Positions 29,530 to 39,300 of a DNA stretch of 64,000 nucleotides are shown piece after piece. The DNA is from Candidatus Omnitrophota bacterium (GTDB lineage Bacteria; Omnitrophota; Gorgyraeia; Gygaellales; Profunditerraquicolaceae). Both the position numbers and the translations under genes were made by a program. The DNA lies in assembly GCA_041650295.1 (NCBI GenBank), contig JBAZLM010000005.1:36592-100591 (forward strand). The letters are read 5' to 3'. Under the pieces are notes generated by a model. That model had not been told where the DNA came from, did not search any database, and saw nothing but the letters and a program-made list of their open reading frames with translations. How positions within the stretch are numbered: position 1 is the first letter of the stretch; the number at the start of each line of letters is the position of its first letter.

Positions 29530-30440
29530 TAATTGAAAAGTGGCCAGGAGCCATTTCCACGATAATTATTGGCGCAGATAAATCAACTGGCGGTTCACGC
29601 AATAATCTCATTAAAATCGGCGGACAAAACAGCTTGCCCCTATTAATAAAGGAAGGCGCCATACCTAACAAACCAAAAATCGCCTTTGAGATCTGGGATA
29701 TCCCTACGCAAGATTGGGATAAAGAATTACTTTCTGCTTACGGAAAAGCAATTAACGATCCACTGGAATGGGCGCAGATTTGTGTAAATGAATTTAAAGC
29801 TGAATTACTCTGCGTCAGAATGCAGGGAACGCATCCTGACTTTGGCGATAAAACAGCACCAGATGCAGCTAAGTTTATCACCACATTATTAAATAAAATA
29901 AAAGTGCCCTTAATCATTGTGGGTAGTGGAGATATTAGTAAGGATAATTTAATTATACCTGCAGTTTCAGAGGCAGCTAAAGGAGAGCGTTGCTTAATTG
30001 GTTCGGCAGTGCAAGAAAATTATAAAACTTTAATCGCTAGTGCGCTAGCCGACGGTCACAATATTATCGCCGAAAGTCCTATTGATATTAACATTGCTAA
30101 GCAATTAAATATCTTGATCTCGGATATGGGACTGGGAGTTGAGCGCATTGTAATTGATCCAACTATTGGAGCCTTAGGTTATGGCTTAGAATATGCTTAT
30201 TCTATTATGGAGAGAGCCAGAGTTGCCGCTTTATCAGGAGATAAAACTTTAGCTTGCCCATTTATTTGTTTTGTCGGACAAGAAACTTGGAAAACCAAGG
30301 AAGCTCAAGTGAGTGCAGAGCAGGGAATCATGTGGGAGATGCTAACTGCCAGCAGTCTGATTCAATCCGGGGCGGATCTTTTGGTAATGCGTCATCCTAA
30401 GGCTATTGAAAAAGTAAATAGTTTTATTGAAAAAATTTAA
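29514..30440 (+). CDS. acsD: corrinoid iron-sulfur protein small subunit (CODH/ACS delta subunit)
   Basis: 308 aa. Sits directly after acsC/RACo/cooC in a corrinoid/ACS cluster. TIM-barrel-like composition consistent with AcsD/CdhD. Confidence 0.65.
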   Translation: METQLVIEKWPGAISTIIIGADKSTGGSRNNLIKIGGQNSLPLLIKEGAIPNKPKIAFEIWDIPTQDWDKELLSAYGKAINDPLEWAQICVNEFKAELLCVRMQGTHPDFGDKTAPDAAKFITTLLNKIKVPLIIVGSGDISKDNLIIPAVSEAAKGERCLIGSAVQENYKTLIASALADGHNIIAESPIDINIAKQLNILISDMGLGVERIVIDPTIGALGYGLEYAYSIMERARVAALSGDKTLACPFICFVGQETWKTKEAQVSAEQGIMWEMLTASSLIQSGADLLVMRHPKAIEKVNSFIEKI

Positions 30441-30448
30441 CAAGGCAG

Positions 30449-30476
30449 TTGCGTAAGTTAAAGTTTCTGTTATAAT
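30449..30476 (+). promoter_or_regulatory. sigma70-like promoter upstream of the tRNA locus
   Basis: TTGCGT (30449-30454), 16-nt spacer, TATAAT (30471-30476). Located 30 nt before the tRNA-like element. Confidence 0.55.
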
Positions 30477-30505
30477 TAATTTCCTGAAAATTTTTTACTA
30501 GTTTT

Positions 30506-30580
30506 GACGGCGTAGCTCAGCCTGGTAGAGCAAGCGGCTCCCCTCGAAGCCTACGGCTTCAAGGGCTGCGTCGCGATAAA
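30506..30580 (+). ncRNA. degenerate tRNA-like element (tRNA 5' half + unrelated hairpin)
   Basis: GACGGCGTAGCTCAGCCTGGTAGAGCAAGCGGCT is a canonical acceptor 5' strand + D-arm and matches 28/32 nt of the tRNA-Met 5' half that follows it. I could not fold an anticodon arm, T-arm or acceptor 3' strand. GAAGCC-TAC-GGCTTC forms a 6-bp hairpin. Confidence 0.35.
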
Positions 30581-30644
30581 TTTTGTAAGGCGACTTGATA
30601 CTTAAATCAAGCCGCATGAATACTTGATAAGAGAAATTCGTTTT

Positions 30645-30721
30645 GGCGGAGTAGCTCAGCCTGATAGAGCATGCGGCTCATACCCGCCTGGTCGGTGGTT
30701 TAAATCCACTCTCCGCCACCA
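30645..30721 (+). tRNA. tRNA with CAT anticodon (elongator Met or Ile2-lysidine type), CCA encoded
   Basis: Acceptor GGCGGAG/CTCCGCC. D-arm GCTC-AGCCTGATA-GAGC. Anticodon arm TGCGG-CTCATAC-CCGCC (CAT). Variable loop TGGTC. T-arm GGTGG-TTTAAAT-CCACT. Discriminator A plus CCA. G1-C72 pair argues against initiator. Confidence 0.8.
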
Positions 30722-30802
30722 ATGTCCCGAGAGGCAGTCCTGCGAAGCGACAGCGGAGCAGGGCCACTCTCCGCCACCAATGTCCCGAGAGGCAGTCCTG
30801 CG
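30706..30802. repeat. perfect 39-bp tandem direct repeat (30706-30744 and 30764-30802) spanning the tRNA 3' end; att-like
   Basis: CCACTCTCCGCCACCAATGTCCCGAGAGGCAGTCCTGCG occurs twice, 19 bp apart. Copy 1 contains the last 12 nt of the tRNA, the discriminator/CCA, and 23 nt of flank. Confidence 0.85.
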
Positions 30803-30822
30803 CAAGCAAGATTGTCTCTTTT

Positions 30823-32097
30823 TTATTTTCCTGAGATTTTTTTAGCTAATTTTTCGATAAACAAAGAAGTGACGATGAAGACGGCCGCCTCAGTGAAGAT
30901 AGTAGAGAATGCCGCTCCTACATAAGAAAATTTATTGATCAAAATAAAAATAAGCGGCACACCAATTAACGCAGTGGTCACATGAATCTTGGCATATAAA
31001 TCTTGTTTTCCACAAACTAACAGAAATTGTACTTTAAAATTATTTGCCCCCACAAAAAATACCGCTGCCAATAACATTCTTAAAGCCAAGACTACTTCCT
31101 GATAAACCGCTCCACAAGTAATCTGAATAATCCAAGGGGCTAAAAAATAAGCAATCGGCAAACTCACTACAAATCCTAAAGTTATGCCGTCCTGAATTCT
31201 AAACATAATCGCCACCGCCCGTTGTTTATTTTTGGCATAGACATTACTAATTCTAGGAAAAACCGCCCGAGTGAATGAATCCATGGGGAAAGTCTGAATA
31301 ACATTAGCGATCCTTTCGGCAATTGAATAGTAGCCGGTAATTACGTTATTAGTTAAAAGACCCACGGCAAAAACTCTAGTTGTGGTATAAGTATTTACTG
31401 CTAAAATCGAAATAAAAATATCCCAACCGGTTTTTAGCTCTTGCTTTATTGTGGCGTATTTTTGCAGAATAAATTGAATTTTAAATTTTTTAAATGCAAT
31501 ATAAAGGCCTAATATACCGCTAATAATTGAAAGCAATGAATTTAACAATGGAACTAAAATGAAATCCTGCGGGCCCTTAATAAAAATAAAAACAGATAGT
31601 GCATATAAAATCCCACTAACCACATTAACTATGGCAATGTAGCTCATTTTTTCTTTTCCCTGAAAGAACCAAACCGGAAAAAGAGTACTACCAATTACCG
31701 CTCCAAAACTTAAAATATAAACTAGCCAGTCCTGACCAAATTTTGGTACAAAATATAAAACCATACTAAGAATAATCAAACTTATGATCGCAAAAATTAA
31801 CTTTACCGTCATTACTGAAGAGAAAACCGCGCTATTTTTGGCCTTATGCTCTCCCAACAAAGAAATTGTTTTGGTAGCCGAAAGACTAAAGCCGTAATCA
31901 GTAAGAATCATAAAATACTGCACAAAACTTTGGGCAAAAGCAATTAATCCAAACTTTTCCATACCAATAACTCTAATCAAATAAGGGATAACAATTAACG
32001 GCAAGATGTAACTTATTCCTTGAAGACTGGTAAGGGAGAGGAAGTTTCCTAAAACAATTTTGTGTTCTTTATGCGTAACAATTTTTTTAGACATCAT
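30823..32097 (-). CDS. oligosaccharide/polysaccharide flippase family protein (Wzx-like, MOP superfamily)
   Basis: 424 aa with about 12 predicted TM helices. Composition and length typical of Wzx/polysaccharide biosynthesis export proteins. Confidence 0.6.
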   Translation of the reverse strand: MMSKKIVTHKEHKIVLGNFLSLTSLQGISYILPLIVIPYLIRVIGMEKFGLIAFAQSFVQYFMILTDYGFSLSATKTISLLGEHKAKNSAVFSSVMTVKLIFAIISLIILSMVLYFVPKFGQDWLVYILSFGAVIGSTLFPVWFFQGKEKMSYIAIVNVVSGILYALSVFIFIKGPQDFILVPLLNSLLSIISGILGLYIAFKKFKIQFILQKYATIKQELKTGWDIFISILAVNTYTTTRVFAVGLLTNNVITGYYSIAERIANVIQTFPMDSFTRAVFPRISNVYAKNKQRAVAIMFRIQDGITLGFVVSLPIAYFLAPWIIQITCGAVYQEVVLALRMLLAAVFFVGANNFKVQFLLVCGKQDLYAKIHVTTALIGVPLIFILINKFSYVGAAFSTIFTEAAVFIVTSLFIEKLAKKISGK

Positions 32098-32175
32098 TTA
32101 TAATTTACATGCCATTACTCCTAAAGTCAACTTCTTCTTACTATTAGCAAAAGTTTATGCTAAAATAAATTCACA

Positions 32176-33135
32176 ATGAATAATTTTCAAGAGACAATTA
32201 AAAAATATAACTTAATCCAAAAAAACGACAAGCTTTTAGTGGGAGTCTCCGGTGGCCCAGATTCATTAGCGCTACTTTTTCAACTTAATAATTTAAAAAA
32301 TAAATTGAATTTAACTCTACACATTGCTCATCTTGATCACGGATTAAGAAAAGATTCCCACAGAGATCTGCAATTTGTGCAAAAATTAGCTGATCAACTA
32401 GATATCCCTATTACCATAAAAAAAATAAACCCTAAACTTCTAAAAAACAAAGGCTCGCTAGAAGAGGTGTGTCGAGAAGTCAGGCAGGATTTTTTTATTC
32501 AAACTGCCAAAAAAATTAAGGCTAATAAAATCGCCCTAGGCCATAATCTTAACGACCAGGCGGAAACAGTTTTAATGCGCATTTTACGAGGCACCGGATT
32601 GTCCGGACTTAGCGGAATTTGGCCAAAAAGAGAGATTCGTAATATAATTTTTATTCGACCGCTTATAGAAACTTCCCGCAGTGAAATTGAAAGATATTTA
32701 AAACGAAAAAAAATTAATCCTTGTCTGGACCCAACCAATCATGAGGAGTTATTTTTCCGCAATAAAATTAGGTACCACTTAATTCCTATATTAAAAGAAA
32801 AATACAACCAAAATATTGTAGAAGTTCTAGCCAGCCTGGCAGATAATACTGCTTATGATTACGAATACCTTGATCAGGTCACAAAAAACAACTTAAAAGG
32901 CAATCTCAAACATTTAAATATTAAAAAACTGCTCAAGCTACATCCAGCCATCTTGCGCTTAAAAATTAGGCAGGGGATTAGCAATCTTCAAGGAGACACT
33001 CGCCGCATCGGCTTTGTGCATATTAAAGAGGTCGAAGATTTACTCAAAAATAGACCATGCGGGGCAATTGTTGACTTACCCAAAGGAATTTCTGTGCAAA
33101 AAACCCATTCTGCACTACATTTTTACAAACTCTAA
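32176..33135 (+). CDS. tilS: tRNA(Ile)-lysidine synthetase
   Basis: 319 aa. PP-loop LLVGVSGGPDSLALL, HLDHGLR motif. Confidence 0.85.
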   Translation: MNNFQETIKKYNLIQKNDKLLVGVSGGPDSLALLFQLNNLKNKLNLTLHIAHLDHGLRKDSHRDLQFVQKLADQLDIPITIKKINPKLLKNKGSLEEVCREVRQDFFIQTAKKIKANKIALGHNLNDQAETVLMRILRGTGLSGLSGIWPKREIRNIIFIRPLIETSRSEIERYLKRKKINPCLDPTNHEELFFRNKIRYHLIPILKEKYNQNIVEVLASLADNTAYDYEYLDQVTKNNLKGNLKHLNIKKLLKLHPAILRLKIRQGISNLQGDTRRIGFVHIKEVEDLLKNRPCGAIVDLPKGISVQKTHSALHFYKL

Positions 33136-33160
33136 AATTAAATAAATATTTGTTTTAAGC

Positions 33161-33189
33161 TTGAAAAAAGTCATTTTTTATGTTATATT
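33161..33189 (+). promoter_or_regulatory. candidate sigma70 promoter between tilS and the giant gene
   Basis: TTGAAA (33161-33166), 17 nt, TATATT (33184-33189). Confidence 0.4.
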
Positions 33190-33260
33190 TATACCAAGTT
33201 AAGGCTTTTTTAATAAATAGGCCAAAACAATACACTAATGATGACTAAAATAAGTTATAA

Positions 33261-33294
33261 CCGGAATAAAGCAAAAATTCATTCCGGTTTTTTA
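33261..33294 (+). terminator. hairpin + T-run (terminator/attenuator-like) 37 nt upstream of the giant ORF start
   Basis: CCGGAAT-(13 nt loop)-ATTCCGG perfect 7-bp stem followed by TTTTTTT. A TTGACA hexamer follows immediately at 33295-33300. Confidence 0.55.
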
Positions 33295-33331
33295 TTGACA
33301 GATAATAAAACGATTTAAAAAGGAGTATTGA

Positions 33332-36300
33332 ATGAAAACTAAAAATAGCAAAGCTAAAAGAATCTTATCGTTGGTTTTATGTTTCGGTTTAATTTTACAG
33401 CAAATGGGTTTTGCCCAAATCGCTAGCGAATTAAATATAGCCGGCTATTTGGCTAAGTCTAATGCCAATCTGGTCCAAGCCAAATTTAGACCATTAGAGC
33501 TACGCTATTTCTCCTATAACTCCTCAAATGACAATGTTAAGCTACTTGTAGACAAAGGAGATCAGAAAGAATTAAATAGTCTCCAGGTGCAAGAACAATC
33601 TAAATCCCTATTAAACTACTTCTTAATTGGTATCACTCTACCCAACAATACATTCTGGGTTAACTTAAGGCCAGATTCTGAAAACCAAATTATTGATCAA
33701 TATTTAGAGAAAACTGATATCGGCAAGATTATGTTAGAGGCCGACGTGCAACTCAAAAAAGACACCGCCAGATTTACTTCTCCGGAAACCTCTGAAGGCC
33801 GCGTCTACTGGAATAAGCTTTATAAAAAAGCCGAGCAACTTTATGGAACTCAAAATACCACTATTCCCACATTAACTCGTCCCTGGATTGTTCCTGGCGA
33901 AGTAATCATTAGGGAATCAAATGGTAGTGCTTATGTTTACAAAGCCGTGCTCAAGGTCATGTTGGAACAGGACTATTTAAAAAATTCTACCACTTATAAT
34001 TTTAAAGATGACCGCGCCAAAGCATTAAATGAATATTCTAGTCAATTAATTAAAGAGTTAATTATTCCTAATCTAACTAAAGAGATAAACTCTAGCAAAA
34101 GATACGCCGCATTAAGACAAGTTTTTCATTCGCTAGTTTTAGCACATTGGTTTAAATCACGTTTTACCGGTAAAAGCGGTAGCTACGCCGCCATGATTGA
34201 CACTAAAAATCTTACCAATTTAACTTCACAAACAACCTGGTCAAAAACTACTTATTTTAAACAATACCAAGAATCATTTAATAAAGGTGAGTACAACGTC
34301 CAAGAACCGGTTTATACTCCTAGCGGCCAAGTAATCAGAAGCTATTTCAGCGGTGGTATGCAATTTGGAATGAATATGAAATCTCCTCTTTCCCCAAAAG
34401 GAGAAATTGGGATAATAAGCACCGACAATCCGAATCCACCAATAACACCAGAATCAGTGGTGTTTACAAGTAACGATGGGAAGTCTTTAATCGAATCTAC
34501 AATTAACGAAAACGCCCGTTCTCAGGCACCTCCAGTTGTCCAAGCTCAAACTCCTGAAGAAGCAAAAGCAGTACGTTTAGCCGAGCTAGTTCAGTTTGCT
34601 CTGGATCTACAGACAAAGTATCATGGTAAAGCCACTACCGGTAAATTTACCATCTTCTCCGGTCCTCCAGGCGGTGGTAAGAGCTTAGCTTGGGACGGTT
34701 TTGTAAAGGTAATGTTAGAGGCTCTAGTAGCTAAGGGCCAAATTGTTATCGATCCTAAATTATCCAATGATGATAACCTATTTGCTTCCGGACTATTTGA
34801 TAAATTTATTCTTTTTCATACCCGAGCGATGCGTCCAGGAGAAAAACAGGGAGGAATTAAGGATAGTAGCGGAGTAATTCAATCAGGAAATTATTATTAT
34901 AGAACGCCTGAACATTTAGAAAAATTAAAATCAGAAGGTAAAATTATTATTACTTTAGTTAATAATCAACCTCAAGGTTTAGCCCTCTATGATTTTGAAG
35001 ATACCTATACATTTAACGGAGAAACTAACACTGCATTTGTTAGCGGCCTTGCCTCTAAATTAAAACAAGATAAAATCACTATTCTAGAAGGTGGCTTAGG
35101 ATGGTTTGATGAGTTAAATAATGTATTTAAAGATATCGAAACCGATGAACAGCTAAAAGCTACCTTTGAAGGAGTAGCTAATGACGGTTTAAACAGTATC
35201 TTCATCTGTCCATTTACTGATGAGCGGATTATGGAAATTGAAGATAATGTTCAAGTTGAATATGCTCGCGCAGATAGAGGATCTAAAGAAGGCTTAGCCA
35301 TACATCAAGCCGAATACGAAGAAGCTATTGCTATCAGAGGCAGGCTAAAAGCTAAATTAGAATCTCTCATTGCCCAAGGTTCTGATGCTTTAAAAGCAGC
35401 CCTACCACAACTTCAAACTCAGTTCTTTAATATGGACAAGCAGTTCATGTCAAAGGTAGAAGTTGCTCAAGAAGATGCCTTTGGCTATGTTGCCCCAGAC
35501 AAGATCACTTCAGAAGATGCTTTGAGAAAAGCCAGCTTCCAGGAAACAATTGCTAGAATTCATTCTCGTGAAGTAAAAGAAGCCAAGAGTGTTATTGAAA
35601 CTCTAACAAAATTAATCAATGCCGGTGATCTAGAAAAGATCCAAGAATATCTAAATGATGCCAAAGCAATCAGCAAAATACTATATGCTCCGGTTACAAA
35701 TGACGAGTTAATAAAACGTGCCGATGAAGCAGCCCAACAGGTTATCCGCCGTGTTGATTATCAATACATCCTGAATAATGTTTGGATTGTGGATGAAGCA
35801 GAACGTAATATCTTTCAACGTGATTTAGGTGCAAGATTTGCTGAAGATGCCATCGGACCATTAAAAGGAAGGTTTGCTCCGGGCAAGAGTCCTGCTGATG
35901 CATTACAAGTTATTACACAGTCACAATATTTACAGGGTCTTCTAAAGGAAATAGGCTATTTTACATTAACGGATTATTTAAAGGCTTATGCAGAAGAAGC
36001 TCCAAGCTTAGGATTTGAACCTTTGGCTAAGTATCCTAGAACAACGGCTAAACGTGATTTATATACAACTAAAAATTCATTAGTTAATCAAGGAGTTTTA
36101 AGAATAAAAAATCCAGGAGTTAAAGGAGCGCCTTATGAATTTATACTCACAGAAAAAGGTGCCCAAGCTATTTTAGCTAAAGAAGAACAAAAGACCAAGT
36201 TAATTAGTAATTTTGTTACAGTATTAAATAATTATTTAAATAAACACGATTCTAGTAATCCATTAAGTACAAACAATCCTTTTCAAACAAATAATAATCA

Positions 36301-39300
36301 AGGGCCAATTAATTCTCCAGCGATTCCTCCTGCTCCTGTCTCTGCTGGACCGTTAGGGGCGGTGGTGGGTGGAATGGGTGGCCAAACTGCCAGGGCTAGT
36401 GCTTCTTCTGCGATTCATGAAAGAGAAAATTATTTAGCCAGAGCTGAAGAGATGGCTAAATTGATAGATCAATTAATAATTAGATCAAATAATAAAGTAA
36501 ATCCAATTTATACAGGAACAGATCCTCCTGCCGGTAGCATGGGTAGTTCACTCCCAGACTATATCCATGCGTTAATTATGGGAGAAAAAATGTTTGGTGC
36601 TTTAGTAGCAAATGTTTCAAGTAGTGAAGCAGATGCAGCAAGAAATGCAGTTGGAAACTTAAAATTTATGGCGAGCAGGCCAACAGTGGCTGCTCTCCAT
36701 AAATTCCTAAGCGTTGCCAATAGAGCCAAAGGTGCGGCGAAATTTAGCCAAATCCCAGGTTCTATTCGTGCGTATGGCTTCCGCGCCAAGTTTGTAAATG
36801 CCCTCAAGAAGTTAATCGTTATTCCTCAATTAAAAGATCTGGGTAACTCTGAATGGAATGAATTTAAAGGGAATAATCCTACACTTTTAGGTAGAATTTT
36901 TGGTTTTTGTGCAAATGATTTACGTCATTTATTTGGCAAGAACAAGAAATCATCCGATAAAATTATAATTCCGTCAGATGTCAGTCCGGATACTAGGTTG
37001 ATATTAGAACAGTTGCAAAGGATGAATGATAAAATCAATGATGTAAAAACAATAGCTGAAGCCGCAGCAGAAAAAGCCGAAGCCGCTAAGGATTTAAATG
37101 ATAAGTTAAAACACAGATTTGATGATAAATCAAAGTTGCCTTTTGATGATTGTGTTATCGGGATGTGCTATGATTTACTTTATGAAAAATTCTCACCGAA
37201 AAAAGTAGAAGCGCTGGTAAACGAGATTGATAAAGAATTTCGAAAAATAACTGGCATAAAAACCGGTAGTTATGAGGTCCCTAATTTAAATATTTTAGTT
37301 AATGTATTTAAGAATGTAACTGGCCTTGATTTAAAAATTCATAAAGTGAATAAGAATGCTCTTGTTGATTTAGTTCAAAAATATCCCGCTGAAATTGGTT
37401 TAATTGCTAAGCTTCAAAATGGTAAGCATCATGCTTTCACTGGCATGGGTTTAACTGATAAGGGAAATATTCGAATTATGCAAGAGAACTCTGGAGATTT
37501 TAAAGCGGCTCAAGAGATCTCGATTAATAATTTACCAGAAGAAGTGATAGTTGTTACACTTGCTACTTTAAAAGATCAGCAGCTTATTTTAAGTAAAGAG
37601 CTTACTGAAAAAGAGAGAAAAGAAATTAAGGAGATCGGTGGAATAACAGCTGGAGCAGAGGCTGGTACAGGGTCTAGTACAGCCACAGGGGCAGCTGCTG
37701 GAGTGGGATTAAATGGAGCAGCTAGTTCTAATAAAGGTAATGGTAGAGCTGATGGTGGTCAAATTAATCAATCAGTAGTAGGTCTTAGCGGTTTAAGCAT
37801 GACAGGAAATTTAGCGATAAACGTTCCGCAGGTTTCATTCTTTAATCATTTAGGGGCAAATGGTATTCGCGGATCACCGTCATTAACTACAAATCTGATT
37901 AATTTGTTCCGCACTAATTTTGCTACTATTAAAATAGTTGCTCCTAAACTAACTACAAATTTTGCTAAAATCCAAGCCTCTGTAAAATTAAATTACAATA
38001 AAGGTATTAACGCGGCTAGAACTCATTTCGTTAGATCTAGCGATAAGAATGTACGACTAAATAATCCCATCTCTAATACAGAAAAGAAGGCTAGCGCAAC
38101 TGATAATCAGCCGGCGATGGTTAACGTTAATGGCAAAAAAGTTATTGATGGTGACCTTTCGAATAGAACCATTAATCCTAATGACTTAAATAAAGTTGGA
38201 AAGACAAATGAAGAGATTTCCATAGCTACCTCTTCTGATTTAGCAAATAATAATATTCGTGCTCCTCCGACAGTTGCCGCTAAAATTACAAAAATCATTC
38301 GCTCAGTTATTGTTTTCCTCGCTACGGTTATTTCAATTATCTCTGTTACCACTCTGCCAGTTTTTGCGTTAAATAACAACTCTATTGTTACCGGACTTAA
38401 ATCAGCAAACATAATCATGTTTGTGATTGCTGCTGTGATAATTCCTACAAGGATTATTAAAACGACTATTGCTGAAAATAAAGCGGCAAGATATGGTTTT
38501 AGAACGATAGAATTTGATGCTACGGGTAAAAAGTATCTTAAATCGTTAAAAATTCGCGAAGTTAGAAATAATAATGAAAATGGTCAAGCACCGGTTGGGA
38601 TAGCAGTTGTTTTTGCAGCTATTGCGATTATTGGTGCATTATTCTGGCATTATGCGGCTTTTTCATTAGCCGATTTGATTGGCCTGGCTGGAATAGCAAT
38701 TTTTGGTATTGTAGCTATAGCTGCTTTTATCGGTAGCGTAGCAATGGAAAGTGTAGATAATAAAACTGCCGCAGATTTTGGCCGCAAAGTAATTAAGTTT
38801 GCCACGGTTGGTATTGTATTTTTTGGAGCACTTTATTTATTTGCTACTGCTAAAATTCCTGCTGCAGTAGAAGAGGCTATCCGTAACAGTTCATTACAGA
38901 GAGTATTTGATTTCTTAACTGTAAAAATAGGTGGCGGATTAACTGCACCTTTAGTTTTTGGAGCGGTATGGGGAAATTTAAATAATCAGGATCAGCCTTC
39001 TGCAAAACATCAGCCAAGCAATTCTTTACCGGCACAAAAAATTAATCATCATTATTTCAAAAAGATTATTGCTAAGTTATTTGGTTTAAATCATAAAGTA
39101 GCTCCTGCTAAGAAAATTTTACCTGTTTCCAACACCCAGATAAATAAAAATAAAATTTTAGTAAATGATCAACTAGGTCTTGGGGTAACTAATTTTGCCA
39201 AGGCTCCTCCGGTTAAGAGTCCGATTGTGTATTCAGCAAAAACAATTAACTCAACAGTTAACGGAGGAAAAAATGGTAAACTTACTAAAAATTCAAGAAT

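Noticed and set aside
30624-30925. Two track ORFs (30624-30845, 30722-30925) overlapping the tRNA and the 39-bp repeats
   Set aside because: They lie over a well-formed tRNA and its duplicated 3' end. Their Arg/Ser/Pro-rich translations reflect the repeat sequence rather than coding. Judged spurious.
33295-33325. TTGACA hexamer at 33295-33300 as the -35 of the giant gene's promoter
   Set aside because: No convincing -10 hexamer at 16-18 nt spacing (GATTTA/TTTAAA only). Not reported as a separate feature, only noted in the terminator evidence.
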